64,000 nucleotides of DNA from Squalus acanthias (lineage: Eukaryota). The notes under the pieces were generated by a model. The model saw only the letters and a list, made by a program, of their open reading frames with translations, ran no database searches and was not told the origin of the DNA. The position numbers and the translations under genes are program-made. Positions 24,360 through 36,916 of the stretch are shown here, piece after piece; the first letter of the stretch is position 1, and the number at the start of each line of letters is the position of its first letter. The stretch covers positions 97,092,001-97,156,000 of the forward strand of contig CM059430.1 of NCBI GenBank assembly GCA_030390025.1, read 5' to 3'.

Positions 24360-26612
24360 GTTATCTCCCTCTGAACTTGCAGCACTCCATTCTCCGAGAT
24401 CCAACCCTAACCTTGTCATTAGACCTGCTGACAAGGATGCCGGTATTGTTGTTTGGCGAACCAACCTCTACCTTGTGGAGGTTGAACACCAACTCTCTGA
24501 CACCTCCTCCTACCACCCCCTGGACCATGACCCCATCACCGAACATCAATCCATCGTTTCCAAGACTGTCACTCACCTCATCTCCGCTGGAGATCTTCCC
24601 TCCACAGCTTCCAACCTCATAGTCCCCCAACCCCGCACAGCCTGCTTCTACCTCCTTCCCAAGATCCACAAACAGGACTGCCCTGGTAGACCCATCGTTT
24701 CAGCCTGTTCTTGCCCCACAGAACTGATTTCTTCCTATCTCGACTCTTTTTTTTCTCTCCTTATCCAGTCTCTCCCTACCTACATCCGCAACTCTTACAA
24801 CGCCCTCTGCCACTTTAACAGTTTCCAGTTTCCTGGCCCTAACCATCTCCTTTTCACCATGGACATCCAATCCCTCTACACTTCAATCCCCCACCAGGAC
24901 GGCCTGATTGCTCTCCGCTTCTTCCTTGAACAGAGGCCCAACCAGTCACCATCCACCACCAACCTCCTCTGCCTGGCTGAACTTGTTCTCACATTGAACA
25001 ACTTCTCCTTTGACTCCACTCACTTCCTCCATATAAAAGGTGTTGCTATGGGAATCCATTTGGGTCCTAGCTATGCCTGCCTTTTCGTGGGATATGTGGA
25101 ACATTCTTTGTTCCAGTTCTACTCAGGTCCCCTCCCTCACCTCTTTTTCCGGTACATTGATGACCGTATCGGTGCCATTTCCTGTTCTCGCCACAAACTG
25201 GAAAATTTCATCAACTTTGTGTCCAATTTCCACTCTTCCCTCACCTGCATATGGTCCATCTCCGACTCTTCCCTTCCTTGACTTCTCTGTCTCCATTTCT
25301 GGGGATAGGCTATCAACAAATATCCACTATAAGCCCACTGACTCCCACAGCTACCTGGACTACAATTCCTCCCACCCGGCTTCCTGTAAGGAGTCTATTC
25401 CATTCTCACAGTTTCTCCGTCTCCGTCACATCTGTTCTGACGATGCCACCTTTCATACCAGTGCTTCCGATATGTCTTCCTTTTTCCTCAACTGAGGATT
25501 CCCCTCCACCATGGTTGACACGGCCCTCGACTGTGTCCGGTCCATTTCCCGCACTTCTTCTCTCACCCCTTCCCCTTCCTCCCAGAACCACGATAGGGTT
25601 CCCCTTGTCCTCACCTTCCACCCCACCAGCCTCCACATTCAACGGATCATCCGCCATCATTTCCGCCACCTCCAGCATGATCCCACCACCAAACACATCT
25701 TCTCCTTCCCTCCCCTTTCAGTATTCCGAAGGGACCGTTTCCTCCGCGACACCCTGGTCCACTCCTCTATCACCCCCATCACCCGCTCCCCTTCCCACAA
25801 CACCTTCCCATGCAAGTGCAGGAGATGCAACACCTGCCCTTTTACCTCCTCCCTTCCCACCATCCGGGGCCCCAAACACTCCTTTCCAGGTGAAACAGCG
25901 ATTTACTTGTACTTCTTGCAATTCAGTATACTGTATTCACTGCTCACGATGCGATCTCCTCTACATTGGGGAGACCAAACGCAGATTGGGCGACCGCTTT
26001 GCGGAACATCTCCGTTCAGTCCGTAAGGGTGACTCCGAGCTTTTGGTCGTCTGTCATTTTAATTCTCCGCCCCACTTCCACTCTGACCTCTCTGTCCTTG
26101 GCCTTCTACACTGTTCCAATGAAGCTCAACGTAAGCTCAAGGAACAGCACCTCATCTTTCTATTAGGCACTTTACAGCCTTCCAGACTCAACATTGAGTT
26201 CAACAATTTCAGTTCATAACCTTTGCCTCTATTTTTTCAGACAGCAGCTGTTGATAATGATTCTGATATTTCCATTTTCACCTCCTCTAGACCCATCTTT
26301 TTGTTTCTTTACTTGTCCCATTACCATCTCCTTTTGCCTTGCACCATCATCCCTTTTGTCATTTAATCTCTCCTGCCTTACACCCTATCACAGACCTTCC
26401 CTTTGTTCTTTCCCCCCTCCCCCTTTCCTTGCCTCTGTACTTGCTTAAAACCTGTTACATCTCTAACTTTTTCCCGTTCTGACGAAAGGTCATCGACCTG
26501 AAACGTTAACTCTGTTTCTCTCTCCACAGACGCTGCCTGACCTGCTAAGCATTTCCAGCATTTTCTGTTGTTATTTCAGACTTCCAGCATCTGCTGTATT
26601 TTGCTTTTGTAT
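24360..26612 (+). mobile_element. Penelope-like element (RT + GIY-YIG) with terminal hammerhead
   Basis: FYLLPKIHK, GRPIVS, MDIQSLYTSIP, GVAMG, FRYIDD; VYCIHC..YIGETKRRLGDRFAEH; hammerhead core at ~26476-26512; frameshifted. Confidence 0.94.
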
Positions 26613-27727
26613 TAGTGTCAGTTTTGTACTATGGGCTCATGCACACTAGAATATGGGTTGACAGTACTCGCATTCATTTCACACAGGACATTGCAGCAGA
26701 CAGAAAGAGAAGGTTTTCATCCCATCATCCTTGACTATTCACCCAGAAGTGAAAGTGCTGTGTGTTAACTCACTGCACCACCCTGTCTTAAAGTGATTTT
26801 AGAAAAGGATAGATAAATAAGTGACTTGTGCCAATCTTCCATATGTCCTAGTGGACTGTCACAAAATGGCCTGCAAAAAGAACTGTGAGCCCACTGTTGA
26901 TTAGAGAAATCTGTAATGACAGCGAAGGAGCCAATACAGAAGCAGGAAACCTTTTTTTATGGTGGGCAATGCAGAAGTAGAAACAAAAATGTACTTCAAA
27001 TATAGTTTAAACCAGTTAGGGACTGTTCTGTTTTGTTGTTCACAATCTAAGTCCTTTTTCAGATATATTTCCCACCACGTCAAAATGATTTGATTTTTCA
27101 ACCTCATATACCTTTGCCAATCAAATGTTGCATGCAAGGCACTCTGATATTGCTGAGGGGCATTCCATTAATTTAAGGATGTCATCAATGGTTCAGTGAG
27201 ATAAAAAAAAAAGGAACACTTAGCTTCCTATCCAAGTTATTACGTTGGTACTGAATGAACAGAATCATATTCGTGTGCAGGCTTTCCCAGGCATAAGTTT
27301 CATTAACCTCAGCTGGCCTTGGGAGAATAAGAAAAACTGACTTGAGGTAATTCCTGCCTACACTTCTCAAAGATGGTTCCTGATGGATCAACCAATTAGT
27401 GGCACTGATGTCCTCCATGGAGATATACCATCCTTATCAATGGTATCTAAGATACCTCTTGCTGGGCTGGGCAATCATATCCTCCTAACTGTACAGGGTA
27501 GTGCAGATGTGAGAAAATTACCGTAGAAGATTTCTTTTAAACAGTTAACACACAGAGGGAACTTCTGGCTGGTTGCCCCCATTTCTTTTTAAACTGCTCC
27601 TGATTTAGATCACTTTGGGTTTTCTACACAGATCTAAGTTTACCTTCTTGTACATGGAAATAGTAACAGTATTCTGAAATTATATGTCTGGAAAAGTCAC
27701 GCTTCATATTCAATGAGTTTCATTTAC

Positions 27728-27879
27728 CTTACAATTTGTTGAATCTACATTGCAATACCACAACATGTATCGGACCACACACAATTTCTTGCTCGTTAAA
27801 CTGAGTGGAGCTTTCCAACGTATATGAAGTGGACCCAGATGGCCAGGGTCTGTGACCTGCAGGTCAGTAGGTGGATCAA
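27728..27879 (-). CDS. IL13RA2: IL13RA2 coding exon 2
   Basis: VDPPTDLQVTDPGHLGPLHIRWKAPLSLTSKKLCVVRYMLWYCNVDSTNCK vs recalled human VNPPQDFEIVDPGYLGYLYLQWQPPLSL; 152 nt, phase 1 to 0. Confidence 0.96.
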
Positions 27880-27999
27880 CTGAAACAAGATAACATCTTT
27901 TTAAAGAAAGAGGAATTCTGAATTAAAAGATTTTGAAAAGTTACATAATTAAAGAACACGTTTTAGTAATTGTACAGCATCCCATTCTTGTGGTCATAC

Positions 28000-28078
28000 C
28001 TGATGTCAGCATCTCTGATCTAACACTGGGCCATAAAATTATAGCAAGAAGAAAAACAGCAGTACTGTTCAGATCCAT
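28000..28078 (-). CDS. IL13RA2: IL13RA2 coding exon 1 (signal peptide)
   Basis: Kozak ACCATGG; MDLNSTAVFLLAIILWPSVRSEMLTS; donor G|GTATGA; exon acceptor at 28129-28130. Confidence 0.9.
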
Positions 28079-28614
28079 GGTTCTAAGCTGGCTGATCAAT
28101 GTTGTGCCCACAAGAACAACACAATTACCTTGAACAAGAAAAATATACATAAATCCATACATGATATAGCCAGTTAACTATGCAGTATACCACAATTAGG
28201 TATGGCTAGATTGAACTATCCATTCCCAATGTCCACATTAGTTACACACTAACATGCTGCTATCTTTGTTTTTAGAGTAAAATATTAAAATATTACAAAA
28301 ATAGTATTTAGGATTGTTTATACAATTGTGCAATGTGAAATGGACATTATATAAATCTGCTTTTGCTCAATTTGAAGTGAAGCATTATTAAGGTCTTTAT
28401 TGCACAAATCAAAGTGAATTTGCCCTGATAGTTTCAACTTTTCCTCTCCATCTTATACAATGCCAGTTTGAATTTTGTCTGTGTTCAGACTTGGGATATG
28501 CATCCATAATATCCAAATTTGCATCTATTTTGATTTGAAATACTTGGAAAGTGAGATTACCCACCAGCAAAACCATTACACCGGCCAGCGCAAGCTTTAG
28601 TGAATCTGCTAGTT

Positions 28615-28818
28615 TCTTTGTTCGGGGGAATTAAATACGTGGGGTTACGGGGATAGGGTGGGATATGTGTCGGTGCAGGCTCGATGGGGATTCTGTGTGA
28701 GAAAGCAGGGACAGGGTACTGGATTTGGATGATCAGCCATGATCGTATTGAATGGTGGAGCAGGCTCGACGGGCCGAATGGCCTACTCCTGCTCCTAGTT
28801 TCCATGTTTCTATGTTCC
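28615..28818 (+). mobile_element. HE1 V-SINE 3' fragment
   Basis: Matches the reverse complement of 34337-34510, including the CR1-derived tail. Confidence 0.75.
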
Positions 28819-30249
28819 AACTTTAGTTGTATGATGTATCTACCAGCTCAGACACCTTCAGCTTGGGTCGGCGCTCTCTCCCTCCTGTCCGATCCGCAAC
28901 AAAATCAAAATCTTCTGGGAGATATTATGGATGCATATCCCAAGTCTGAACACTGACAAAATTCAAAGTGGCATTGTATAAAACGGAGAGGAAGTTGAAA
29001 CGCTGTGGGGGAGGAGGGGAATAATTTTCTGACCGAGCCTGCTGTACAACCCGCCCGATTTTTAACTCAGCAATTACCATCCGGGTGCGCCCTCTACAGA
29101 AGCTCTTTTCGCTTTGCATTTAGCCCCGCTGCACCTCACCTGAGAACCTGACACCGATAGAGTGCCAGTGCTCAACGGAAGAATATGCCAGTTGTCAGCT
29201 CTTTGACAAGAACAGACATTCACAATTCGAAAGAAAAAGTATAAATAGTACAAACAACCAATTGTCCTTTCATGGGTGTAGTCCAGCAATGTTTCGCACA
29301 CCTTTGGATACAGAGATGTGAAGAGGATTACAGCTGTTTTGTTTAATTGTACAAACTGAAGGAAACGTTATCTGGCATGTCTGAATACTAAGATTATCCA
29401 GAGACGCACCTTTCAGCCAAAAGCAAGTCAACGCAGCCAGAAGCCAATTCCTTTCTACACGGCGACACGCAATGGTCCTTCCACCCTACATATCACACAA
29501 CAATCGTTTTATTTGAATTATTTAATTAAATGGTACAGCACTGACAGTACTTGTTGGATACGCTGGGAAAGCCAGATTACACTATCAATATACACCTAAC
29601 TTTAAACATCAGAGCCGGAAATATCTGACTGGAAAGCGATAAAGGATTTTTTATTGGGTTTCAGAAATTGTTAGGAATACTTTAGGCTGATAAACTACTT
29701 ACTGCACTGGTGCATTCAACGTTTACCCACTTATTATCTACACTACGATTTATTGTATCTATCTGCACCGTACAGTTATAATGCATGAATCAGTTAACTC
29801 GCTGGCGTAGTACTCAGTTCTCATGCACTTAACTATTTCAGATACAAAGGAAGGCAATATTATGATGAAAAACCTGCTGATCGAAGTGATTCCGCAGAAG
29901 ATACATATACTGCACATAATAAGCTATAAAGGGGGAAAAGTACTGAACATTGGTTAGTATCAAATTATAGACCCAAGTTCCATTGAAATCTCATCAGAGA
30001 CTGATAAACAAAAAAACACTCAATATTCAAAAGGTACCAATACACTGCAGATCCACTGCTTTGATGTTTCATTACAGCCCAACCTGATCGATAGAAAAAA
30101 TAAGGCAACATATTTATAATTCAGACAACTATTGCACCGATTCTGCTTCACGGAATACATGGGAGAGAAAATAAAGAGTAGAAATGAATTACCACGCGAA
30201 TCCGTTAAAATTCACAGCGTGCCAAATGTGTATCGTGAGCACCCCTCAC

Positions 30250-30480
30250 CTTTTCTGCTCTTGATTCAGCGATGCTGGTCCCTCTGCCGAGCTGTCAGTC
30301 AGTCTATCTGACTGAGCAGAGACAGGATGTGAACGGTTGGGTAAGGCTACCCCCTCCCTCTCTGCCTATAACTTGAACTGCAACCAGTATCTCTCGTCAA
30401 GCCTAAAGCAATGGTCCACTTATGTTTTACGTAACTGGTTACGAAATGTATTAACCCGTTTGGAAAGATTGTCGCTTTAT
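30250..30480 (-). other. IL13RA2: probable non-coding first exon of IL13RA2 (5' limit uncertain)
   Basis: Consensus donor AAG|GTGAGG at 30250; upstream TATAAA (30505-30510, minus strand) and GC boxes; locally CpG-enriched. Confidence 0.55.
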
Positions 30481-30552
30481 CAGTTGTTCACTATCTTCCG
30501 TGGCTTTATAATATGGGCGGCCGATTTAACAATAAATTGTCCTAAAATCACC

Positions 30553-31765
30553 GCCCCCTCCTCCTCCTCTTCCCCTCCCCCCCTCTCCCTCTCCCCCCTT
30601 CTCCCCCACACTCCCTCTCTCCCCCCACTCTCCCTCTCCCCCTTCTCCCCCACACTCCCTCTCCTCCCCCTTCTCCCCCACACTCCCTCTCCTCCCCCTT
30701 CTCCCCCACTCTCCCTCTCTCCCCCCTTCTCCCCCACACTCCCTCTCTCCNNNNNNNNNNNNNNNNNNNNNNNNNNNNNNNNNNNNNNNNNNNNNNNNNN
30801 NNNNNNNNNNNNNNNNNNNNNNNNNNNNNNNNNNNNNNNNNNNNNNNNNNNNNNNNNNNNNNNNNNNNNNNNNNNNNNNNNNNNNNNNNNNNNNNNNNNN
30901 NNNNNNNNNNNNNNNNNNNNNNNNNNNNNNNNNNNNNNNNNNNNNNNNNNNNNNNNNNNNNNNNNNNNNNNNNNNNNNNNNNNNNNNNNNNNNNNNNNNN
31001 NNNNNNNNNNNNNNNNNNNNNNNNNNNNNNNNNNNNNNNNNNNNNNNNNNNNNNNNNNNNNNNNNNNNNNNNNNNNNNNNNNNNNNNNNNNNNNNNNNNN
31101 NNNNNNNNNNNNNNNNNNNNNNNNNNNNNNNNNNNNNNNCTCCCCCCTCTCCCTTCCTCCCTCTCCACCCCTCTCCCTTCCTCTCTCTCCCCCTCTCCCT
31201 CTCTCTCCCCCCTCCTCCCTCTCCTCCCTTCCTCCCTCTCCTCCTCTCCCCCCTCTCTCCCCTCCTCCCTCTTCCCCCTCCTCCCTCTTTCCTATCCTCC
31301 CTCCCCCCTCTCCCTCTCGCCCCTCCTACCTCTCCTCCCTTCCCCCTCCCCTTCCTCCCTTCCCCCCTCCCCTTCCCTTCCACCCCTCCTCCCCCTCCCC
31401 TCCCCCATCTCCCTTCACCCCCTCCCCTCCTCCTTTCCCCCCTCCTCCCCTCCCCTCCTCCCTTCCCCCTCCTTCCTTCCCCCCACTCCATTCCCCCCTC
31501 CCTTNNNNNNNNNNNNNNNNNNNNNNNNNNNNNNNNNNNNNNNNNNNNNNNNNNNNNNNNNNNNNNNNNNNNNNNNNNNNNNNNNNNNNNNNNNNNNNNN
31601 NNNNNNNNNNNNNNNNNNNNNNNNNNNNNNNNNNNNNNNNNNCTTCCCCCCTCCTCCCCTCCCTCCCTCCCTCCCATCCCCTCCTCCTCCTCCTCCCTCC
31701 CTCCTCCTCCCTGCCCTCCTCCTCTCTTCTCCCTCCTCCTCTCTCCCCTCCCAACCTTCCCTTCT
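30553..31765. repeat. polypyrimidine/polypurine low-complexity tract with two N gaps
   Basis: CCT/CCCT-rich sequence with short imperfect units; N runs at 30751-31139 and 31505-31642. Confidence 0.95.
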
Positions 31766-33124
31766 CCAAAACACACAGGAACCTCCTACTGCAGCGCAAC
31801 TTTATTTCGTGCTCCTTCCAATTTGAAGGCAGTGATTCATTAGAGGCAGCAGCCTCCGGTGCCTTGCTTATCTTTCAGTAATTGAGCAGCTGTAAGGCTA
31901 TTCAATAATGCAGATCTCCAGCAGGGATCACTGAACCAGAAGTAGGCAACCGTGGTGATTTCCCCCTCTCCCCCCTCCATTTCTCCCCTTCCCTCGCCCC
32001 TTTTCTCCACCCCCCATTTCTTCCCCCTTCCGGCCCCACCCCTCCCTCCCTCTCTTTCCGAATCAGTGTGGTTTGGTATCAAACCAGGTGGTATTGAGAC
32101 ATCAGGAAGTCACCCTTTTTATTTCAAATTGTCGGCGACAATTTTGGTGCCAAGGTTTTGAGTGTTATTAGGCACACACTGATTTAAATGATTCCCTAAA
32201 ATATACATAAATAAAATATCTGCCTTAAAATATAACCTCCTTTATGCTAGTGGTTTGCAGTCCCCTTCCCCAGCCACGAACACACAGCTAAGAACCTTCC
32301 TTCCAATCTTTGCACTGGCTGCTGGGCTTCTGGTCTTCGGTAAAAAAAAATGTTGGCAAACATGGTGTAGCGTTTACTGAAAGGTACATTGTCATTTCCT
32401 ATTTGCCCACATCATGTTTGTGATGTGCCACTTCGAATTAATACTATTAGTGAAATTTTTTTTAAACTTAGAAGTTAAATGAATGACTAATTAAAAATAA
32501 ATCCAGTTTATAATTGAATTATTAATTCATGTTTCATCTATTCATACCAAGACTCATTATGGAAAATCCAATTGTAAAAGTGTCACTTTTGCAAATTGTA
32601 GCCCCACAGCAATAGGTTATTAAAGTGCAAATGCAATTAAAACAATGATATAAGCTTCATCAGTTATGAATACATTAACAAAACAGTATGAGCAGTAGCA
32701 ACTAGCAACATCTCAAGTCCTTGGTGGCAATATTTTTAATGATTATCTTATCCAATAGTTCAGGCTAACTTATAGCTTGAATATAAAGTATAGGAGGAGG
32801 GGTAATATAAAAACAACTGAGCGCCACCCTAGTATTGCTGGGTCTGGAATGAGTTGCAGGTAATACGAATTGAAATATGGTTCTTACCTTGGATGCAAAG
32901 GTGGTATCTGACAGGTTTAAATGGAAATATCTGTTGCATATCTGGAGATTGTTGGTATATGGGTGGAATATCTGCTCCAGTGCATCAGGTGCACCAAATG
33001 CCATTATCTTTTGACTTAAAACATGCTACAAGACTTGTCCTTGCATTGGCTCTTGAACAGTAGAGATAAACCTCAAAGCTAACTCAGGTGTTCAAAATCT
33101 CAGGAACAGAGCTCACATTTTACA

Positions 33125-33455
33125 TTGGCCCAGATTTTGCTGCCTAAATAACGGCGAGTTTAATAGCAATTGCCATAATTAATGTGTAAATCATCCAGCA
33201 ACTTGCGACGAGGAAGAGATACCGCATGAAATGTGAATCACCACAAGATGTTGGACGATTTGCACTGCTCCAGTTAGTCTCGTGAAAACAGCAGCTCGAT
33301 CTCAACTGTGAGTTTCCTGAAATTGCTGCATTTGTGCATTAATTATTAAACTGTAATGAGATTTATGTTCCTGCGATGCTAATCAACCTCCACGACCAAA
33401 AAAGGAACAAATTAAACTGTGGAGTCTCATTCCTGCAAGTAATAAATTGTTCGCT
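33125..33455. mobile_element. MITE-like fragment
   Basis: Starts TTGGCCCAGATTTTGC and shares GTGGAGTCTCATTCC with 44111-44830. Confidence 0.5.
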
Positions 33456-34336
33456 TTTTAAAGTACTTGTCAGGGATCTTGTCTTGCCATCTGATTTGCA
33501 TTAGTCGTCTCAGAAAATAAAATGCTGAAGAGTGATGGTGCAAGGACGCATCCTTGCTTGACACGATGTGTAATGGGAAAGGGGATGGAATTGTCCTCAT
33601 TTTCCATCACTCAAGTCATGTAATTGTTTGACCATTTTAATTAATTTGTCTGGACACCCAAATTTTAGAGGATTTTCCAGAGACCCTCTCCCCTCTACTG
33701 ATAATGTTGAATGTTGTTGCCAAGTCAATGAAGATCAGTAGAGGTCTACATTTTAGAACATAGAACATAAGACGTAGGAGCAGTAGGTTATTTGGTCCCT
33801 CGAGCCTGCTCTGCCATTCAATAAGATCATGGCTGATCTGATCTTGGCCTCAACTCCACTTCCCTGCCCGCTCCCCATAACCCTCGACTCCCTAACCATT
33901 CAAAAATCTGTCTATCTCCACTTTAAATATATTCAATGACCCAGCCTCCACAGCTCTCTGGGGAAGAGAATTCCAAACATTCACGACCCTCGGAGAGAAG
34001 AAATTCCCCTAATTTCCGTTTTAAATGGGTGCCCCCTTATTCTGAAATTATGCCCCCTAGTTCTAGATTCCCCCACGAGGGGCAACATCCTCTCTGCATC
34101 TACCCTGTCAAGCCCCTTCAGAATCTTATATGTTTCAATAAGATCCCCTCTCATTCTTATAAACTCCAATGAGTATAGGCTTAACCTTTCTTCAAAAGAC
34201 AACCCTTTCATCTCCGGCATCAACCTCGTGAACCTTCTCTGAACTGCCTCCAATGCAAGTATATCCTTCCTTAAATAAGGAGACCAAAACTCTACCCAGT
34301 ACTCCAGGTGTGGTCTCACCAACGCCCTGTACAGTT

Positions 34337-34759
34337 ACATAGAAACATAGAATCTAGGAGCAGGAGTAGGCCATTCGGCCCGTCGAGCCTGCTCCACCAT
34401 TCAATACGATCATGGCTGATCATCCAAATCCAGTACCCTGTCCCTGCTTTAATCCCCACAGTACACACATCCCACCCTACCCCTGTAACCCCACGTATTT
34501 AATTCCCCTAACATATCCCATCCTATCCCCATAACCCCACATATTTAATCCCCCCCTAACACTAAGGGTCAATTTTTTATCATAGCCAAATCAACCTAAC
34601 CCGCACATTTTTGGACTGTGGGAGGAAACCGGAGCACCCGGAGGAAACCCACGCAGACACGGGGAGAATGTGCAAACTCCACACAGACAGTCACCCAAGG
34701 TCAGATTCGAACCCGGGTCCCTGGCACTGTGAGGCACCAGTGCTAACCACTATGCCACC
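34337..34759 (-). mobile_element. HE1-type V-SINE nested in the CR1
   Basis: tRNA head (GGTGGCATAGTGGTTAGCAC..GGTTCGAATC), V domain (GTGTGGAGTTTGCACATTCTCCCCGTGTCTGCGTGGGTTTCCTCCGGGTGCTCCGG), CR1-like tail. Confidence 0.92.
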
Positions 34760-35657
34760 GTTGTAACAGGACTTCCCTACTTTTATACTCCATTCCCTTT
34801 GCAATAAAGGCCAACACTCCATTTGCCTTCCTAATTACTTGCTGTACCTGCATGCTAACTTTTTGTGATTCATGTACAAGGACCCCCAGATCCCTCTGTA
34901 CCTCAGCAATTTGTAATCTCTCCCCATTTAAATAATAATTTTCTTTTTTCTGTTTCCTACCAAAGTGGATAACCTCGCATTTGCCCACATTATACTCCAT
35001 CTGCCAAATTCCAGCCCACTCACTTAGCCTATCTATATCCCTTTGGAGATTCTTTGCGTCCTCCACACAATTTGCTTTCCCACCTATCTTTGCATCAGCA
35101 GCAAATTTGGCTACATTACATTTGGTCCCTTCATCAGTCACTAATATAGATTGTAAATAGTTGAGGCCACAGCACTGATCCCTGCGGCACCCCACTAGTT
35201 ACCGTTTGCCAACCTGAAAATGACCCATTTATCCCGACTCTCTGTTTTCTGTTAGTTAGCCAATCCTCTATCCATGCTAATATATTACCCCCAACCCCGT
35301 GAGCTCTTATCTTGTGTAGTAACCTTTTATGTGGCACCTTATCGAATGCCTTCTGGAAATCCAAATACACCACATCTACTGGTTCCCCTTTATCCACCCT
35401 GCTCGTTACATCCTCAAAGAACTCCAGCAAATTTGTCAAACATGATTTCCCTTTCATAAAACTATGCTGACTCTGCTTGACTATATGATGATTTTCTAAA
35501 TGTCCTGCTACCACTTCCTTAATGATGGACTCCAGCATTTTCCCAATGACAGATGTTAGGCTAACTGGTCGATAGTTGCCTGCTTTCTGTCTCCTTCCTT
35601 TCTTAAATAGGGGCGTTACATTTGCAGTTTACCAGTCCACTGGGACCTCTCCAGAAT

Positions 35658-36916
35658 TGAGAGGTCGCACAACACCAGGTTATAGTCCAACAGTTTTATT
35701 TGAAATCACAAGCTTTCGGAGCTATCGATTTGCTCCTTCCTCAGGTGAAGTAAATTAGATACAGAATCGCCAAAGCATATATAGATAGAAAACAAAGCAT
35801 GTGTACTTTACAATTGCAGACCAATAAATTAAATCATCCTGACTATCTGCCGAGGTGTGATAAAGTTAATTAAGTCAGCAGGAAGGTACCACATCAAAGA
35901 CATAGCAAGATACAACTGAGACAATGAGGTGTAGTCGCAGGGGTTCTAACGTGTCAAAAGCTGCCGTCTGTATGTAAAACGAAAAGCTTTAACATTTTTT
36001 TACTGGGAAAATTTTTACTTTTTTTTACTGGGAATCACATCTGTGAACAAGCTAACGACGACTCGAGTCCGGATCACGTCATGTATCGTGACATAAACCC
36101 AAGATCCCGATTGAGACCGTCTTCATGAGTGCGGAACTTGGCTATCAGTTTCTGCTCGATGATTTTGCGTTGTCGTGTGTTTCTAAGGTTGCCTTGGAGA
36201 ACGCTTACCCGCAGATCCGAGGCTGAATGTCCTTGACTGCTGAAGTGTTCCCCGACTGGGAGGTAACAATCCTGCCTGGCGATTGTTGCGCGGTGCTCGT
36301 TCATACGTTGTCTCAGTGTCTGCATGGTCTCGCCGATGTACCATGCCGCGGTGCATTCTTTCCTGCAACGTATGAGGTAGACAACGTTGGCCGAGTCACA
36401 TGAGTATGTACCATGTACCTGGTGGGTAGTGTCCTCACGTGTGATGGTGGTATCTGTGTTGATGATCTGGCATGTCGTTAGCTTGTTCACAGATGTGATT
36501 CCCAGTAAAAAAAGTAAAAATTTTCCCAGTAAAAAAATGTTAAAGCTTTTCGTTTTACATACAGACGGCAGCTTTTGACACGTTAGAACCCCTGCGACTA
36601 CACCTCATTGTCTCAGTTGTATCTTGCTATGTCTTTGATGTGGTACCTTCCTGGCTGACTTAATTAACTTTATCACACCTCGGCAGATAGTCAGGATGAT
36701 TTAATTTATTGGTCTGCAATTGTAAAGTACATATGCTTTGTTTTCTATCTATATATGCTTTGGCGATTCTGTATCTAATTTACTTCACCTGAGGAAGGAG
36801 CAAATCGATAGCTCCGAAAGCTTGTGATTTCAAATAAAACTGTTGGACTATAACCTGGTGTTGTGCGACCTCTCAATTTTGTCCACCCCAGTCCAACACC
36901 GGCATCTCCGCATCAT
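35658..36916. mobile_element. Penelope-like element (family 2) with 405-bp inverted repeats around a GIY-YIG fragment
   Basis: Arms 35655-36059 and 36474-36878; minus-strand VVYLIRC..WYIGET..RQRMNEH..GLN; TSD GACCTCTCCAGAAT at 35644-35657 and 36917-36930. Confidence 0.92.
36785..36828 (+). ncRNA. minimal type I hammerhead ribozyme (PLE family 2); mirrored on the minus strand at ~35705-35750
   Basis: TCAC-CTGAGGA-A-GGAGC(loop)GCTCC-GAAA-GC-TT-GTGA: stem I, conserved core, stem II and palindromic AAGCTT stem III. Confidence 0.75.

Noticed and set aside
30337-31881. Long Pro/Ser-rich and Gly/Arg/Glu-rich ORFs
   Set aside because: Artefacts of a low-complexity tract and N gaps
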